Assembly (NCBI RefSeq): GCF_000143415.4
Contig: NW_003314387.1
Coordinates: forward strand, 1 to 64,000
DNA from: Selaginella moellendorffii
Taxonomy: Eukaryota > Plantae > Lycopodiophyta
Direction of reading: 5' to 3'
Length of the DNA stretch: 64,000 nt
Part shown: one piece after another, positions 59,125 to 64,000 of the stretch
Numbering within the stretch: position 1 is the first letter of the stretch
Layout: the number at the start of each line of letters is the position of its first letter
Translations under genes and position numbers: made by a program
Notes under the pieces: model-generated
Told to the model about the DNA's origin: nothing
The model's input: the letters and a program-made list of their open reading frames with translations, nothing else
Database searches by the model: none

Positions 59125-60034
59125 TGTAAATCATAAAATTTTCCTTTCTAATTTGTCAGTTTACTTTGTCTATTTAACCACTATTGCCTTAGCCTTAGTT
59201 AAGTTCTTTTACCAAAGTTCCCACTTATGTTACTAGCTCCTATTTAGTCCTATTTGACTTCAATTACTTACACAAACAACAAGGCATTAACCATTTATTT
59301 ACGAATTCCCAAATTCTCTCTCAATCCCCCCCCCCCCCCCTCGGGTTAGACTAGATTTAAAGTCTGGTTACACTCTCCACAAGCACAAGCAGCCAAACAC
59401 ACCAAACTTCAAATTCTTAACATCCCTTAGTACCACAAGACTTAATCAAGGGACTTTCTAAATCCTAAGCTTTAGATGCATTTCTTACTTCGGGACCCCA
59501 AAGGGAAACACTATAGCCTAACAACCTAGTATAATACTTTTACTCCCCCACTTTCATTCTGAAGGAAAGGCCCAAGCCCCTAAAGAGCAAAGACTAATGA
59601 GCCATATGGTACTCAAGTGGGGCACCACTCCACATAAGCCAAGAGCACTATAATTAATTTCTCTTCTGAGAGTGGGAGCTAATCTTGAACACTTCCTTGG
59701 GTAGCCTCTCTGGCACCATCTAACTCCATGCTCACTCCTAGCCGAGGCCTTTAACCCCCAATCTCAACCTTAAGTCAGTTTGGAAGCACAATTGGAGAAT
59801 TCTTTCAAGACTGATTTCCTAACCTCACTATCCTTATTATACTTTTGGAACCCCTACAGCCCCCCTCCCCCTAGGAGACAATCACTTTAGGCTTTCACCC
59901 CATGACTATATTAGTATTTAGACTCGGTTTTGGACTTGATTTTGGACTTGATCTCAAACTCGGACTTTAGCCTCAATCTTGAACGTAATCTCAGACTTGG
60001 TCTTGGACCCAATCTCGAATCTCGGACTCCGTCT
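59125..60034 (-). mobile_element. Older truncated family B LTR inserted into the 5' LTR of A3
   Basis: tgtaaatcataaaattttcctttc... is a diverged reverse complement of the B LTR end. Colinear through ggctttcacccc and the repeat array, then ends. Confidence 0.85.
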
Positions 60035-61007
60035 TTAAAAGTTATATGAGGGTTTCATCACTACCAGCAATAATCAAGGATCTTCAAAAGCTGAATGTCA
60101 ACAAAATCACTCTCTCCACCATAGTTGTAACGAGTCAATAGACAAAGCCTATGGCTCAATGCTATTGGTATGGTAGAGTTGTGGTAGCAACCATGAGATG
60201 CAATAGCATAAGACTAACTTTAAAATCAAAGGTAGTGGGAGAATATAAAGATTGTATTTAAAGACTAAATATGGACATCTACTCAATTATAATACTGTAA
60301 GAAATCTAAATATTTGAAATTTTGTAAAGAAAATACTATTCTGCATGTGTTTATTTTTTCCCCATGTTCAATTAAAGAATATTTAATTTAATAGAAAGGT
60401 ATCACATAAAAGTTTTTTAAAAAGTAAAGTATTAAAAATACATTAACTTAAAATAGTGTTTAAATTTTTTGAAGTTAATTAATATTATATACTAATAAAC
60501 TTTTTATTAAAAATAAAAATAATAAAGAAACATGGTAATTTTAATGTAGTTACCAAGCAATGAGTACGGCATTGTTATATTCAAAAGTTGTGGTTTTTTC
60601 TTGTTTACTTTGATCTTTGCACCATTCAAAACATTGGTCACACAGGTTTTGTGAATAAGGTAGATTTTAACTTATTTCTGATATGGATGCTCAAATTAAA
60701 CAAAATCTTAAAGGTTTAAATACTTCCATGTTGAGAAACTTAGATTAAATAGCTTAAATTAATTGTTAACTAGGATAATAATTATATTCAAGTTAAGCAA
60801 ATAATTGACGTTCTTCCTGAGTAAACCACGAATTCTTGTCGCGTTTATGGTGAACGACACTAACAATGCATTGCTCCTTCGTCCAAGCACCATCTTGAGG
60901 TACATCCGGGACTCAGCTGCCTTGAATCTACACTGGACAAGTACTGAGCGTGCCTCAGAGACGTGAACAAGGCTGAGAACATTCTTGTAGAGCATCATAC
61001 CAGTGAT

Positions 61008-61102
61008 CTCATCGGCTTCAACTACAACTTGAAGCCGGAAGCACAAGAGTTACTTTGACACTCTTGTCCTTCCGGCTTCAAGTTGTAGTTGAAGCCGATA
61101 AG
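61008..61102. repeat. Near-perfect inverted repeat (40-bp stem, 9-nt loop); candidate small-RNA hairpin
   Basis: 61011-61050 pairs with 61060-61099 with one mismatch. Confidence 0.85.
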
Positions 61103-61373
61103 TATAGCAAGCTAAATAATGGATCCATACCCTCTCGTTAAGCCTCTCATTCCTCGAGGCTCTCCCATGGAAGAATGATCTGAGAATGTCATGGGTTTCA
61201 TTATCACAAGAAAGACACCTGGTTACTTGCTTGATAATCACAGCGGTTTGCCTTGAGTCGTAATCTCAAGTCCAAAAGAAACGAACCACTCGCCAGTATC
61301 TCGCCTGGAAAGTAAAGAAGAAAAAATCACCGTTACATGGCGGAGCTAAAAGACTGATTGCTTGAAACTTGCC

Positions 61374-62842
61374 TCAGGGACGACGAAGGCTAGGACTGTA
61401 GACAAGCTTGAGAACATCCGCAGCTCCAGTCACGAAGGCGCCGATTGGAAGATGAGGCTCCGGCAAGCACTGGAAGTAGACGGTGGAGTTGTGCAGACTG
61501 ACAAACCAGCACTGTATCGTCGGCTCCTCCTTGATGTTATTGCCTTTGTACATGAGAGACCGGCCGTCCCACTTCTTGAGATCCCATGCATTGCTCTTCT
61601 GAACGGGGATGTAAAGCAGAAGCGCATGTCCAAAGCCCCACACGTCCATCATGCCGAACATAAGCCCGTTCGTCGGCAGGATCTCTCTCGGCACCTGGAG
61701 CTCCTCTGTGATCACTAGCTTGTCCTGCTCGATCACGGCCTTGGAGAACTTGCTCATATTCTTGTCGACCACGATTACCATCGGCTCCCCATCACTGTCC
61801 ACCATGAAGCTCATAACCATCAAGTCCTCTGGGATGTCCACCAGAGTCGGGATCCACTCCAGTTTGGCGATGTCGAAGCGAGCAATCTTCCCGGGAAGGT
61901 TGTTAACGTTGGTGGTGCAGTAGAGCACCGAGTTTGCGATGAAACTCTGGTGTGCCTTGAACAGCAAGTGGAAAGGGAGCACAAATCCTGCAGGAAACCT
62001 GGTGATGGACGTCCAGGAACCGGTCTCGGAGCAGTAGACGCGCATGAAGGGCTGCTTGTACTCACGAATGTCCGGCACCAGGATGGGGAGGTCTACCGGC
62101 TGGACGACGCTCACCTCGTACAGCAACCCGCTGATTTCGTCCGCGTCCATCACACCCATGGTGAACACCTTATATGACGAGGCCGAATGCGAGCACTGCA
62201 TGCCTGGATGGAAACCACGGACATTGTGAGTAGAGAAGGAAAAGGTGTAAGCTTCGTTCTTTTCGTTTCAATCAGCTGGAGCTACTTACCGGAGTAGACG
62301 ATCTCTTCGCCAGAGCTCATATCCAAAGACGGGAGCTTCTTGGTCTCCTTGGTGAAAGGGTTCACCTAGGAAAAGCAATGAAGAGAATCGTGAGTCTTGT
62401 CTAGAGCGATTGATCGAGAAACACGAAAGCTTTCTCCCTGGAAGTGATAGATCGAGAGAAGAAAGGGGAATTTTCTTTCTACACATACCACAGTGAAATG
62501 GCCGTGCTTGTCCTGGAGCAGCAGGAGGCCGAGCGAGCACGAGACGATGCTAGTGTCCGGTGTCGTGGGGATCCACGGATTCCTCGGCTCGCGAAAGAAG
62601 CCCCTTGGCTTGCCGCTGAGGACATCCATTCCAAAGACAAAGCCATTGCGCGCGAGCATGAAGAGCAACCAGGGCTTGGCGCCGATGACCATGTCATACC
62701 TCCGCAAGAAGCTCTTCGTCGTGGAAATGCGGCGCCAGAACTTGCAAACCGCGCGCGACCGCAGGAGATCGTCGAGCGGGAGCTTGGCGAGGATCATCTC
62801 CTGGAGCAATCGCGGCAGAGGCAGCGGCAGTGGAGATTCCAT
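61374..62842 (-). CDS. F-box protein with divergent C-terminal interaction domain, multi-exon
   Basis: LPRLLQEMILAKLPLDDLLRSRAVCKFWRRI F-box; SCSLGLLLL; MRVYCSETGSW; long last exon ends at 61374. Confidence 0.85.
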
Positions 62843-62963
62843 GCAACGCAAAAACCTTAAACCCTAGCTGGCGTTGCTTGAGCTCAAAGTTTAGAATCTT
62901 CGAATATGCCTTTATTTAAATTTTCCAAGCTATGGTATATACATTGCCGAGTGATTGATAGAA

Positions 62964-64000
62964 TCACGTAGATTGTAGATTGTAGCCTCCACCCAGGAAG
63001 CCTTTGTTGAGCGGATTGTTCCCCGACGAGAAATTCGACCCTTGCGAGTCCAAATCTTTTCTCCGCTCCCTCTCCAATTGCTCCTTCTTCTTGTGCTCGA
63101 AAAACTTCTTCTTCACCGAGTCAATCTCGCCTTTGAGCTGCTCAATCTCGGCCTTGTATCCATAAACTTGCCCCTGTGATGATTCAGAGATGAAGAGTTG
63201 CTCAATCACAACGAGAGAGAACAGAACGCGAAGAGAAAAAACCAACCTGATACATTTGCAGCTCGGATGCCATTGCTTTCATTTGCCTCGTCTTCTCCTT
63301 GAGACTTTTCGAGTAGACCGCCAATTGTTCTACCATCTCTGGTCCCGGTTGTCTTGCCAAGATGTTTCGAAGCTCCACATACAGCTTCTCCTTCTCTTGA
63401 ATAAGCAGATCCTTCTCAACGACCTGGAAGAGAACTCGGACATGTCAGACGACCGAAACAAGAACGAATGGAAACAAGAAAACAAATAGACGAAGTCCTT
63501 CACTTGCCTGCTCGGTCTTTAAGATCAACCGCTTCTGCAAAGTTTGGATCTTCAATATCATTTCATAAGCGCTGGGATCAGTTCCTTCGAGTTGCCTCCA
63601 CCGATGCACATTGAGAGGATTCTCTAGCTCCTCCGACAGTGCTTTTACCTGGCACACACACACACACACACACAAAGGAAAAAAAAGTGCGGTTAGAAAT
63701 TGATCCAGTGGTTTTATTAGCGAACCTTTGTGCGCTCCTGCAGAAGCTCTCGGCTGAGATTGTGAACTTCTCGCTTCAGAACTTGAATGTTGTTGACGGA
63801 GCCTTTCAATATACTCTGCTCACGCTTCAAATCTGTTATCTTGATCTTCAAAAGTCGGAGTTCGTTCAGCCGACAACGATACTGGACTTGTCCTTTCGTT
63901 AACGTGGACTGCTGAATTTTGATTTTTTCATAGAGCAATGCAAGCTCCTCGTTTCTTCTCATGAGCTGTTTCAGCGGAAAAAGAAACGCGCAAAGTCAGA
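62964..64000 (-). CDS. CFAP58: Cilia- and flagella-associated protein 58, 3' exons (partial)
   Basis: RRNEELALLYEKIKIQQSTL...LLQERTK|VKALSEELENPLNVHRWRQLEGTDPSAYEMILKIQTLQKRLI...FLGGGYNL matches conserved CFAP58/CCDC147 C-terminal motifs. Confidence 0.88.
63653..63674. repeat. (CA)n microsatellite in a CFAP58 intron
   Basis: About 11 CA units. Confidence 0.9.

Noticed and set aside
60759-61241. Two short minus-strand ORFs as a gene
   Set aside because: No recognisable domain or proper ATG start, and they are interrupted by the inverted repeat. At most a pseudogene fragment.

Overview
Eukaryotic, compact land-plant DNA, most likely a lycophyte such as Selaginella. This is inferred from ~50-90 nt introns, ~20-300 bp intergenic gaps, a PLS-class PPR gene and a flagellar CFAP58 gene. 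Positions 1-28.3 kb are gene-dense: a JAGGED-like C2H2 zinc finger, SUN protein, DnaJ/Jiv90 protein, AMS-like bHLH, two small secreted ORFs, RWD protein, a multi-pass membrane protein, EDR1-like Raf kinase, PPR, a full four-domain Cav/NALCN-like channel (EEDD filter, IQ motif) and a WDL/TPX2 protein. Positions 28.4-31.3 kb are AT-rich and hold an intact chimeric bulb-lectin ORF, a SWIM-finger relic and two assembly gaps. Positions 31.7-60.0 kb are a nested LTR island: three copies of a large non-coding LTR element (family A, minus strand), one young Ty3/Gypsy chromovirus (family B) and a truncated B LTR. Positions 61-64 kb hold a ~40-bp-stem hairpin, an F-box gene and the 3' end of CFAP58. Three observations stand out. 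(1) The chromovirus integrase is split by two short GT-AG introns whose removal exactly restores HPQTDGQTER and RFAGPY plus the chromodomain. (2) Families A and B share PBS, PPT, an LTR promoter block and a structured RNA module (tandem T-arm hairpins, GACA-loop stem with covariation), suggesting a helper/parasite pair. (3) A vascular plant carries a four-domain cation channel.
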